NCBI GenBank assembly: GCA_030638575.1
Contig: DAOWEJ010000002.1
Coordinates: forward strand, 1 to 62,571
Direction: 5' to 3'
Length of the DNA: 62,571 nt
Source of the DNA: Deltaproteobacteria bacterium
GTDB taxonomy: Bacteria > Desulfobacterota > Desulfobacteria > Desulfobacterales > JAUWMJ01
A model generated the notes under the pieces. It saw only the letters and a program-made list of their open reading frames with translations. It made no database searches and had not been told where the DNA came from. Below, piece by piece: positions 34,578 through 44,000 of the stretch. A program made the position numbers and the translations under genes. Each line of letters begins with the position of its first letter. Within the stretch, counting starts at the first letter, position 1.

Positions 34578-36359
34578 ATGAAAGATAAAGCTAAAAACCG
34601 TACAGGTTTTTTAGATTCGATAGTTTTAACCGGAATAGGGATCGCCGCAATTTACTGGATTCTGGAATCCTTTATGTTCTTTTTCTTATCTCCTGAAGCA
34701 AATATTGTTCAACATCTTCTTGGCTCGGACATGTTTGAAACCTTGACCCGCATTCTTGTATTATGCATGTTTGTTATTTTTGGCTCCCATATACAGTACA
34801 ACTTTAACCTTCGCAGAGAAGCTGATAAAGCGATGCGGCAGCAGGACGAAAAGTATAGAACCATCATTGAAAATATTGAAGAAGGCTTTTTAGAGACGGA
34901 TCTTGCAGGAAAATTTACTTTTTTGAACGATTCAGTGTGTAAAATATTAGGATACTCCCGCGAAGAGCTGATGGGAATGAACAACCGGGAATATACAACT
35001 TCCGAAAATGCAAGAATCCTGTACGAAACCATGAGTAAAGTATACAGGACGGGCGAACCTGCGAAGGTGACAGATTATGAAGTTATAAGAAAAGACGGCA
35101 GTACAACAGTCATCGAATTATCTGCCTATCTGATAAAAGACGATGATGATAGACCACTTGGGTTCAGGGGGGTAGTTCGTGATGTTTCCAAAATCTTGAA
35201 AGCAGAAAGAGAAAAAAGGAAGCTGGAAAAACAACTTCAACAGGCCCAGAAAATGGAAGCTATCGGCAACCTGACAGGCGGTATTGCTCATGATTTTAAC
35301 AACGTTCTCATGGGCATGCAGGGAAACGCTTCTTTAATGCTTCTGGACATGGATTCAAGCCATCCCAATTATGAGAGAATAAAAAGTATCGAAAAATATG
35401 TCGAAAATGGTTCTGCTCTTACTATGCAGCTACTAGGCTTTGCAAAGGACAGGAAATATAAGGCCGAGGTGACGGATCTGAATGAACTAATAAAAAAAAC
35501 TTCCCGAATGTTTGGTAGAACCAAAAAAGAAATAAAGATTCATACAAAACTTTTAAAAGAGATATGGGCAGTGGAAGTCAATCAGGGACAGATAGAGATG
35601 GTACTTTTAAACCTTTATGTTAATGCTTCACATGCCATGCCCGAAGGCGGAGATCTCCATTTGCTGTCGGAAAATATAATGATTGACGAAGGATTTAACA
35701 GGCCATTCAAATTAAAATCGGGTGGATATGTAAAGATATCTGTAGTTGATACCGGGGTGGGTATAGAAAAGGAGATCCAGAAGAAAATATTTGAGCCGTT
35801 TTTTACTACAAAGGAAATAGGAAGAGGTACTGGTTTGGGGTTGTCTTCCGCTTTCAGCGTAATAAAAAACCATAACGGTTTTATTGACGTTTACAGCGAG
35901 GAAAGAAATGGAGCGACTTTTAGTATTTATCTTCCCGCATCTGATAAAGAAGTCGTACAAGAGATCGATTTAACACAGGAAGTTTTAAAGGGGGCAGAAA
36001 CAATTCTCCTTGTTGATGATGAGGAGATGGTTATTGAAGTAAGCCAGGAAATCCTTAGGACGTTGGGATACAAACCCATTATCGCAAGGAGCGGAAAAGA
36101 AGCCATTGAAATATACAAAGATAACCAGGACGAAATCGACATGGTTATCATGGATATGATTATTCCCGGAATGAGCGGAAGAGAGGTTTATGACGGCTTT
36201 AAAAATATCGGCCCTGTAAAAGTTCTTCTTTCCAGCGGTTACAGCATCAGCGGCCAGGCAGCCGAGATATTGGAACGGGGATGCAACGGTTTTATCCAGA
36301 AGCCTTTTAAGTTAAGAGAGTTGTCTGTTAAGATAAGAGAAATTTTAGATGGTAAGTAA
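34578..36359 (+). CDS. hybrid sensor histidine kinase (2 TM, PAS, HisKA, HATPase_c, receiver)
   Basis: PAS region (YRTIIENIEEGFLETD...), H-box GGIAHDFNNVL, N/G boxes (LNLYVNASHAM, DTGVGI, GTGLGLS), and a C-terminal REC (ILLVDDEE...DMIIPGMSG...K). Its 3' end overlaps the convergent gene by 32 nt. Confidence 0.85.
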   Translation: MKDKAKNRTGFLDSIVLTGIGIAAIYWILESFMFFFLSPEANIVQHLLGSDMFETLTRILVLCMFVIFGSHIQYNFNLRREADKAMRQQDEKYRTIIENIEEGFLETDLAGKFTFLNDSVCKILGYSREELMGMNNREYTTSENARILYETMSKVYRTGEPAKVTDYEVIRKDGSTTVIELSAYLIKDDDDRPLGFRGVVRDVSKILKAEREKRKLEKQLQQAQKMEAIGNLTGGIAHDFNNVLMGMQGNASLMLLDMDSSHPNYERIKSIEKYVENGSALTMQLLGFAKDRKYKAEVTDLNELIKKTSRMFGRTKKEIKIHTKLLKEIWAVEVNQGQIEMVLLNLYVNASHAMPEGGDLHLLSENIMIDEGFNRPFKLKSGGYVKISVVDTGVGIEKEIQKKIFEPFFTTKEIGRGTGLGLSSAFSVIKNHNGFIDVYSEERNGATFSIYLPASDKEVVQEIDLTQEVLKGAETILLVDDEEMVIEVSQEILRTLGYKPIIARSGKEAIEIYKDNQDEIDMVIMDMIIPGMSGREVYDGFKNIGPVKVLLSSGYSISGQAAEILERGCNGFIQKPFKLRELSVKIREILDGK

Positions 36360-36996
36360 ATTGCATGACAAGACCTGTTATTACCGGAACGGACAGGTTG
36401 TCATTTATAGAAATATTTTTTGTGATCTTTAGAGGAACAAGTTCAAATAACGTAACACTAAGTGAAGCAATAAAAATTAATGGCAAAGGTATTCTTCCTC
36501 CCCAGGCATCAAGAAGAAGGGGAACATAAGGAAAAAAGAAAAAAAACATTATAAGGCAAAGGGAAAAACATGCCAGAGAGCCTTCCAGTGTTTTTTTGCC
36601 TATCTTTATCCTTCCGATACTCTGGCCGACGATTGCAGCCAGAGCATCTCCTAAAATAAACATGGAAAGTGACATAAAGGATATGTGCGGAGCATTATAA
36701 AATAGAAGTGAACAGGCAAACGCTCCACCGATGATGTATGTTGAGCCGGTTGTCTTTTTCTTTTCTTCCTCTCTGAGCATGGAGCTGAATAGGCGAAAGT
36801 ATATTTTTTGAATTGCCGGGTATTTGAAACGCAGCCTCTCTAACAACATTGAACCAATCAGCATCAGTGATAGAATAGTCGCAGGCAAAAGATCAAAAGC
36901 CCAGGGAAGTTTAGGAAGATAGAAAATCCCCACAGGCATGAGTAAGGCCAATAGATGAAGCAATTTGCGATTTATTTCGTGTTTTGTAAGAGGCAT
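36328..36996 (-). CDS. polytopic membrane protein, dolichol/phytol/diacylglycerol (CTP-dependent) kinase-like family
   Basis: About 6 TM helices. The N-terminal RKLLHLL and the C-terminal hydrophobic pattern resemble the SEC59/DGK1/VTE5 and CdsA-like family. Weak call. Confidence 0.45.
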   Translation of the reverse strand: MPLTKHEINRKLLHLLALLMPVGIFYLPKLPWAFDLLPATILSLMLIGSMLLERLRFKYPAIQKIYFRLFSSMLREEEKKKTTGSTYIIGGAFACSLLFYNAPHISFMSLSMFILGDALAAIVGQSIGRIKIGKKTLEGSLACFSLCLIMFFFFFPYVPLLLDAWGGRIPLPLIFIASLSVTLFELVPLKITKNISINDNLSVPVITGLVMQFTYHLKFLLS

Positions 36997-37075
36997 GGGT
37001 GATTTTGTGTTGAAGTTAGAGTAGTTCCTTAATTGTAAATATCTTGTATTTTATGGTAAAAATATCAAAAGAAGT

Positions 37076-37225
37076 GTCCGCCTGAGGCGGATTTAAGGAG
37101 CGGCCCAAGGGCCTTGAAGACCATCACTTCGTTATTTGAGGAGCGGACTTACGTACTTGAGGCTAAAGCCTTAATCCTCAAGCGAAGCGCTCCTCAAACA
37201 TAGTGCTCCTCAAGCGAAGCGCTCA
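37076..37225. repeat. repeat family B copy B1 (long imperfect hairpin built from GAGGAGCGCTTCGCTTGA-type words)
   Basis: Shares word content and order with 44367-44517 and 57239-57428. Generates the spurious ORF MLLKRSA... Confidence 0.75.
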
Positions 37226-39442
37226 TTCTGCCACCACGGGTTCTCTCAGTATAAGCTCTATGGCGGTTGCTGCTGTTTTTGCGGCTTCCGGGAAGACATT
37301 TGACAGTGCCCTGATATGCCTCAGGTTATCAGCGGTTCGAAGTACAAGCATGGCAAGAGTTCCTTCTTCCATTTCAGAAAATAAGACCGCCTTTTCCCAG
37401 GGCTGACCGGCTGCCCATGCGTAAATTGCAGTTGCCGGTCTTAAAAACAGGTGTCTTACTTCAAATCCCCTGGATGTCATTTCCTTTGAAAAGGGTCCAA
37501 GTCCCTTTTTTATATTAAGAAAAGTTGTTAAAAGCCTTTTGGGAAAGTACTTCTTCTCAATGTTGTCATCGGAATCATGATCATCCACAAATGATGCGAT
37601 AATGGCGGCGAGCAGAGTGGGATCAGATTCAGGAAATATATTTAGCCTGAAAGCCTCTCCTATCATAAGTGGCTGATCAACCCTTAGCTGAGACGCCCAC
37701 ATTCCGTCATCCGTCAAACGGTTGTTTTTAGTTACATAATTTTTTTCTTTAAGAAAATCAAGGTGTCGTAGAAAATCCCGCCAGAGAAACTTATTGTCAT
37801 ATGCTGCTATCTTTTGAAAACCCCGCCATCCTTCCCTTCTTCCTGCTTCGCCTGCGGCTACGCAGGACAAGCCCTTCTGCCCCCTGCCCTGTGTAGCTTT
37901 AGCGAAGCATGGTTCTGCCTTTCCATTTTGTTTTGTAATTTGATATGCGGCAAAAGATTTTTCAAGTAAATCTTCTATCTGATCTGGGGTATGAGAGAGG
38001 AGCAGATTAAGGACCATTGAAAAATTGATTTTGATCCGGCTTATGACATTAGAAGGGGGAGAGGTTACAAGCCTGGCGGCTAACCTTATGTCCATAAATT
38101 TGCCTGGAATTGCAAGGGCAAATCCAATATTATCCATACCACGTCGTCCGGCTCTTCCAGTCATCTGATGAAATTCTGTGGAACTTAAGGGCAGAAATTC
38201 CACACCGTTGAACCTGTCTGAATTAAGGAATACTACTGCCCTGGCAGGAAAATTCACTCCGGCTGCGACGGTAGATGTTGCAAAGACCGCATCGAGAAGC
38301 CCTTCTGTCATGAGTGTTTCTAACACCAGTTTCCATGCAGGTAATTGTCCGCTGTGGTGTGATCCCACGGCCAGGTGCTCAAGATGCCACCGCTGGCGAT
38401 GGCGTGCTATGTGAGGACTTTGAGCCGTTAGTTCTCCAATCCTTTCGCCAAGACGTATTTCATGTTCAGAAGCTGCGGGCCGGTTTTCTATACACAGGTC
38501 AAGAGCATTATCACAGTCAGCGCGGGATTTAAGGAAGAATATGGCGGGCAGGAGATTGAATTTTTTTAAAACACGCAATATTTCACCAAAGGGGGGTAAC
38601 CTTCGGGGTGGAGCAAGAAGGGGAGGGCGCTTGTTTCCCAAATAATCAACGACCTTTTTATAAATTCTTTTCTTTCCCTCAGAGCCCGGCGAGTTTAAAA
38701 GGGGAAAAAGCGTTCCTGAAGGATGAAGAAAAAGCGGGTAAAGTGGTACAGGTCTCTTTGTTTCTTCTATAACAGCACATTTTTGTGAACGAATTTTAGA
38801 AAGCCATCCTGAAATTTGCTTTGCATTCCCTATTGTGGCGGAAAGCAGAAGAAGGGGAATTCTTGGGGGAAGATATATCATGATTTCTTCCCAGACTACC
38901 CCCCTTTCCTCATCTCCTAAAAAATGTGCTTCATCCAGGATAACAAAATCGGCAGACAGTTTTTCGCCATAATGCATTGCATCATAAAGTTGATTTCGAA
39001 GAATCTCAGTCGTTCCGACTATGATCGGCGCATCCGCATTTTCTTTTCTGTCACCTGTTAATATGCCGACGTTTTCAGCCCCGAAAACGTCTGAAAATTC
39101 ATTATACTTTGAATTGGATAAGGCCTTTAACGGGGAAGCATACCACGATTTTTTGCCTCTTTCATATGTACGGGCTATTGCCTGCTGTGCTATCCAGGTT
39201 TTTCCGGAACCTGTCGGTGCGGTTACAAGACAGTCTGATCGGTTGATTGCAGAAAGGGCTTCAAGCTGGAAAGGATCCGGGATAAACTTCTTTTTATCCG
39301 GTACTCCGATGGAGGCGAAAACCTTTTTTAGCCTGGCATCAGCTCCCGGTTTTATTTTTGGTATCCTTGATTTCTTACGAAAGTTAACCTGTTTGCCTGT
39401 TTGATGCGATTTTTTTGAAGGATATCTTCTTCGTCTATTCAT
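37223..39442 (-). CDS. Ski2/HelY-like DEAD/DEAH-box helicase
   Basis: Motif I APTGSGKT, motif II ILDEAHFLGD, SAT, and motif VI QMTGRAGRRG, plus a long C-terminal extension. It contains an in-frame copy of repeat family E (see findings). The stop codon abuts repeat B1. Confidence 0.8.
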   Translation of the reverse strand: MNRRRRYPSKKSHQTGKQVNFRKKSRIPKIKPGADARLKKVFASIGVPDKKKFIPDPFQLEALSAINRSDCLVTAPTGSGKTWIAQQAIARTYERGKKSWYASPLKALSNSKYNEFSDVFGAENVGILTGDRKENADAPIIVGTTEILRNQLYDAMHYGEKLSADFVILDEAHFLGDEERGVVWEEIMIYLPPRIPLLLLSATIGNAKQISGWLSKIRSQKCAVIEETKRPVPLYPLFLHPSGTLFPLLNSPGSEGKKRIYKKVVDYLGNKRPPLLAPPRRLPPFGEILRVLKKFNLLPAIFFLKSRADCDNALDLCIENRPAASEHEIRLGERIGELTAQSPHIARHRQRWHLEHLAVGSHHSGQLPAWKLVLETLMTEGLLDAVFATSTVAAGVNFPARAVVFLNSDRFNGVEFLPLSSTEFHQMTGRAGRRGMDNIGFALAIPGKFMDIRLAARLVTSPPSNVISRIKINFSMVLNLLLSHTPDQIEDLLEKSFAAYQITKQNGKAEPCFAKATQGRGQKGLSCVAAGEAGRREGWRGFQKIAAYDNKFLWRDFLRHLDFLKEKNYVTKNNRLTDDGMWASQLRVDQPLMIGEAFRLNIFPESDPTLLAAIIASFVDDHDSDDNIEKKYFPKRLLTTFLNIKKGLGPFSKEMTSRGFEVRHLFLRPATAIYAWAAGQPWEKAVLFSEMEEGTLAMLVLRTADNLRHIRALSNVFPEAAKTAATAIELILREPVVAE
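37831..37925. repeat. repeat family E copy E1 (REP-like hairpin CTTCGCCTGCGGCTACGCAGG...), located inside the helicase ORF
   Basis: Shares cttcttcc(t)(t)cttcgcctgcggctacgcaggaca(a/g)gccc...ctgcctttc with the intergenic copy at 46350-46462. Confidence 0.75.
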
Positions 39443-39466
39443 TACATCCTTGAAATATATTTATTT

Positions 39467-39654
39467 GACAGGATTTACAGGATATTCAGGATATTTTTTG
39501 CCTTTCCTGAAGAAAGGCAAAAAGTGACAAACCTCTTCGAGATAACCAATTGGACAAATAGTGGCAAGAGTTTAGCTTAAAGATGGCAAGGGTTGGAAGC
39601 CGGCTTCTCTTTTCCCGCCTTAAATAAAACCCAAAAAATCCTGTTAATCCTGTC
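39467..39654. repeat. MITE-like element with 17-bp terminal inverted repeats (GACAGGATTTACAGGAT / ATCCTGTTAATCCTGTC)
   Basis: The TIRs match at 16/17 positions. There is an internal hairpin ttttgcctttcctgaagaaaggcaaaa. Confidence 0.65.
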
Positions 39655-39663
39655 TAAAAAATA

Positions 39664-40416
39664 TTAAAAAGGTATCATTTTCTTAACTATCTCTTTTGCC
39701 TGAGAATTTACATCAAAGGGAGAAATTCCTTCAAGGTCGGCTTCTATTAAAGCATCATCATAGGGAAGAAAGCCCAGGAACTCAAAACCGGATAGATGCT
39801 TATTTAGAAACTCTTCATCTTTTTTGCTGCGTATTTTGTTGCCGACAACAGCTATATTTTCCAGCCTTATTTCTGTCGCGAGTTGCTTTATGTGGGATGC
39901 TGTATCGATGCTGCGCCGTCCCGGTTCCACTACTACGATAAGTTTATCAACAGCCTGGGCCGTTGCCCTGCCAAGATGCTCAATGCCGGCTTCCATATCC
40001 ATTATAACGACTTCATTCCTTGCAAGGACAATGTGCATTACAAGCGCTTTTAAAAGCGTGCTTTCCGGGCATATGCATCCTCCTCCGCCCTTTTTAACAC
40101 CGCCAAGGCGCATTAGTTTTATGTTGCCAAGTTTTACAGAGAGTGCATCAGGCAGATCATCGACTTTTGGATTAAGTTTAAAAAAACCGCCTATGGTTCC
40201 GGGCTTTGCCTCTGTTCTTTCAAAAATAAGGTCCTTCATTTCAGAAATGGGAGTTATTTTATCGGAATCAGAAATGCCGAGAGCTGCTGCAAAGTTTGCA
40301 TCAGGGTCGGCATCTATTGCCAGAATATGTTTGCCCTGTTTATCCAGGGTTCGTGCTAAAAGAGCGGCAAAAGTCGTTTTGCCTACTCCGCCTTTGCCGC
40401 TTATTGCGAGTTTCAT
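39664..40416 (-). CDS. CooC/AcsF-type MinD-family ATPase (Ni-insertion accessory protein family)
   Basis: Deviant Walker A ISGKGGVGKTT and a CxC metal motif (GGGGCICPES). About 250 aa. Confidence 0.75.
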   Translation of the reverse strand: MKLAISGKGGVGKTTFAALLARTLDKQGKHILAIDADPDANFAAALGISDSDKITPISEMKDLIFERTEAKPGTIGGFFKLNPKVDDLPDALSVKLGNIKLMRLGGVKKGGGGCICPESTLLKALVMHIVLARNEVVIMDMEAGIEHLGRATAQAVDKLIVVVEPGRRSIDTASHIKQLATEIRLENIAVVGNKIRSKKDEEFLNKHLSGFEFLGFLPYDDALIEADLEGISPFDVNSQAKEIVKKMIPF

Positions 40417-40484
40417 AAAATATTCCTTTCACTTTATACTTATAAAAATTATATTTGTGCTTTTTATAGCAAAAATTAAAAACA

Positions 40485-40563
40485 ATCACGAAAACGCGAA
40501 ATATAGAAAGCACGAAATATTTCATCTTTTTTTCGTGTTTTCGTCCTTTAGTGCTTTCGTGAT
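40485..40563. repeat. repeat family C copy C1 (ATCACGAAA...TTTCGTGAT hairpin)
   Basis: Made of CACGAAA/AGCACGAAA words and their complements. Lies 69 nt upstream of the cooC-like ATG. Confidence 0.8.
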
Positions 40564-40957
40564 AAATATTTTATTCCGATATATCTGAAGGTATTATAAC
40601 ACAGGATGGAATTAAGGCAAGGAAGGAGTTTGGTTGCGTGATGCGAGTTGCGGGTTACGAGTTGCGGTTTGTGAATCTTTTTTGAACCGCAGAATATCGA
40701 ACAAGGAATTATGAATGTCGAAGTAAGGTATTCTATCATTTTAACAATATAAAAAGACAGAGCGTGCCGACTTTGCCAGCATGCTCCGTCAAAGCGGCTG
40801 CTATTGCGAGGTAGACTGGCTACGACGGCTGAAAGCGATTCAACACTTCATCATTCGAAATTCCTTGTTCGATCTGGCTTCGCAAATGCTACGCCAAGAC
40901 ACGTATTCGATATTTAAATTCCTATCAGTTCATTTAATGGCATTGAAATAAACTAAT

Positions 40958-40986
40958 AATGCTGTAACGCTTATCGTTACAGCATT
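40958..40986 (-). terminator. hairpin terminator candidate downstream of the giant pilin gene
   Basis: A 12-bp perfect stem (AATGCTGTAACG/CGTTACAGCATT) with a 5-nt loop. T-rich flanks on both strands. It lies about 65 nt past the stop at 41050. Confidence 0.4.
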
Positions 40987-41049
40987 TTAGCCTCCAAACC
41001 TCCCAGCCTTCTGACTTCTTAGCTTCCCAGCCTCCAAGCTTTCCAGCTT
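40985..41049. repeat. repeat family H copy H1 (single arm, AGCCTCCA-type 8-mers x8), abutting the giant pilin stop codon
   Basis: agcctcca|aacctccc|agccttct|gacttctt|agcttccc|agcctcca|agctttcc|agctttta. Confidence 0.8.
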
Positions 41050-44000
41050 TTACTCTTGTATCGGTGTTAAAAAACCTGATCCCGGGGCGATTTCAACCTG
41101 TAAGCCGAAATCGTCAAAATAAGCGTTATTAATGACGCTTCCAAAAGTATGAAGTCCAAGTTCAGGCCTGATGAGGGGTAAACCGGAAACGGGTGTGAAA
41201 AGGGTGCTCTCAGTTCCAAGAACGATGACACCGGGCTCATCTACTGATTCTACAAGATCGACTGCATTTACACCATCCCACTGGACCAGGGTGAAGTAAT
41301 CCCTTTCGGCTGACCAGTCTTGTATTTCATCGGGTGGCCAGTGTACCGTGTTTCGGGAATTCTCTCTCCTTTCAGCGTCAAAGGGATCGGTATTAGGTAT
41401 ACCATATCCATTAATATCGCTGTAAAACACTTTGATATAATTGTAACGGTCAGTGTAACCCTGGCATGTGGCAAGGTTGGTTCCCTTTCCGGCTACATCC
41501 AGTGCCTGGCCGCTTTGAAAGTTTGTTTCAGATACTTTGTTTAGAGTAATTATTCCAACGGCGTTTCCGGAAGCCCAATCTCCTCCTGAGAGAATCGGTT
41601 CCCCTATTACTGTTCCATAGGCACCGTTTGCCTGGGTTATGATGTCTCCATCTTCGACGGGGGTAGTTCCTCCGCTTGTAAAACGGACTTCGGCGGCTTC
41701 CTTGATTCGAACCAGAAGTGTTGACTCATTGACAGGAAACCCTCTATGGATGGTTACATCATCGATGTGCCAATCACATACACTACCATCATCCGTCTCT
41801 ATACGAAACTCTACCTGTATGTTGCCAACAGGGATTATCATAGCTTCTTGTCTCCAAATATCTTGGGGGTCAGAAGAAGAAAATGATTCAACAGTACTGC
41901 CATCGACAATTACTGAGCCTATATCCCCAGGATCATTAAAATTGATTTTATGCCAGAAGGTTAAAACTGCTGATGGCGCATCGGAAAGATCCATAGCCGG
42001 AGTTATTAATGATTCTACTGTGCCAGGTGCACCAAAGAGATCATTCGCCCAGCACCATGTTCCACTAGGAAGGGGACCGCCCGGTTGAACCCTTGCCCAA
42101 GTCCCTTCTGCGGTCCAACCTGGAGGCGGAAGAGGGTTCTCCATATCATCAGAAAATTCATTGGTACCAAATGTGTAGGCCAGGTATTGTCTGTCCTCTC
42201 CTGAATTTATCTGCTGCCAGAGGACAATCATTGGTATATCATACAGAGGTTCATTGACATTAATTTTAGGGACAATATCAGGATCAACAGCGCTGCCGAA
42301 ACCACTATCATCGGCTCTCATAAAGGAAACCCCATAGCTATTATTATTTCCGTCCAGTCTGAAAGACAGGCCGGCTGCATAATCATCCGGAACTGTAGGT
42401 TCAAACCCAACTTTAACCTGGGCGTCATAGCTTAAAAAATAGCCCGATACAGACTGGGCATATTGCAGGTTAACATTTGTGCTTGACCATTCAAAACCGA
42501 TAAGGCTTGCTTCTATACCACCCGGAAAGGATTGTGTGTCGGTTACCATCAATGCACTATCACCACCGACATTTTGAACTGTATGGTCGCCCCATGTGGA
42601 GGTTGCTTCCCAGTGGGATTTATCATCAAATTGGTCATGAAACTCGACTTTTTCAGCTTCTGTGGGAGAATCGGGAATAGGAACATTATAAAAGATTTGA
42701 CGGCTTGCAGCCAGGTCGTCTTGCCCTACTGTTCCGGTGGAATGTATCTTTAAATAGGGCCTGAGAACAACATTGGTATTCGAATCCACGGAAAAAGAAA
42801 AAACTCTGTTCGGGTTATTTGCATCGGTAATATTTTCCAGGATATTTCCAGTTTTAGTTTTGTACGTATATGCAATTCCATCTATTGTAAATTTTCCGGT
42901 TATCATGGGGAAAAAGGAGGCGTCTGCGAGGGTGAGATCTTCGCCATTTCTCATAATACCGCCGGCAGGGTTGCCAACAGGATTAACGTTCATATTATCA
43001 CTAATAGCTTCCAGAAGGCCGGGCGCCTGAAGGGTAAAGGTTCCTGGAAGATCAGAGTAACCCGTATAATTGTAAATACCAGAGCCGATTCTAAGTCTGC
43101 CTGTTGAAGGCATGGAAAAATCGTCCGGAATATTACCTGCAAACGTTATTTGAAGCGATGTGCTCCCCTGGACGTGAGAGCCGGTGGTAACGAAGTAGTA
43201 AGGATATACTTCAAGGCTGAATTGTTCATCAGGATTACTTAATGTAAATGTTGGAGTATTGTGAAGGTCTACAAGTGCCTGGTTTCTGTCGTCTTCTATC
43301 TCGCCGTCGTTGTCTGTATCGCCGGTATTAAGGTATACGCTGGCTGCATACCTGAATCCGGATTCGGCAAGGTAGTATGCCTTTGAGGTAGTGTTTGCCG
43401 TTACCTGGTTGGAAGTCGATGTGCCGGTCATGGCCACCATGCCTGCTCCAAGAGCGGCAAATATCATCATGGTTACGATGAGACCTATGAGTACATTGCC
43501 TTTGTTTTGCCTAAGCAAAGAGGCTGGGAGGCTGGGAGGTTGGGAGGCTGGGAAGCTAGGAGGCTTGGAGGCCTGGAGGCTATGAGGTCTGGAGGCTGAT
43601 AGGTTTTTTAGCTTCCAAACTTCCAAGCCTTCAAGCTTCCTATCCTTACCGTCTTTGTGCCTTAGTGGCAAAAAGAAAAACACGAATGAAAAAATTAAGA
43701 GACTTAATAAAAGAACTGTAGGATGCGAGGCATTATTGTATGCTGCGGTTGACACAAAGCAACTATAGTTATAGGCGGTTGGGGGTATAGTTGTTGGTGG
43801 TGCTCCGCCATAATTGTTGGTGTTTCTGGGATTTACAGTTGTAGAAAATGTAACAGTATCCCCGCTTCCGTCTGAACGACCCAGTACAAGATCGACCCGT
43901 ATGGCGGAAAGCAAATTAATGTCAACGCCACCCCAGGGGTTTGACCCCTCATAGTAGAATAAATTAAAGTTATGAACATTGTCCACAAGAATATCGCTTT

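Noticed and set aside
37203-37406. ORFs beginning MLLKRSA... (also 57374-57640 and the first 17 codons of the track ORF ending at 44388)
   Set aside because: All three start inside copies of repeat family B, so the shared N-terminus is repeat-derived rather than a conserved protein.
39562-39577. Sigma-54-like motif TGGCAAgagtttAGCT on the plus strand
   Set aside because: The GG/GC spacing is correct, but no plus-strand gene lies downstream. It sits inside the MITE-like element 39467-39654 between two minus-strand genes.
39824-40588. A 254-aa plus-strand ORF overlapping the CooC-like gene
   Set aside because: It is antisense to a gene with clear Walker A and CxC motifs, and its 3' part runs through repeat C1. 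No SD or motif.
43519-43641. Possible CRISPR array, because of short periodic repeats here and in other gaps
   Set aside because: The units are 8 bp, contiguous and degenerate, with no unique spacers. No cas genes are present. None of the repeat families has a repeat-spacer organisation.
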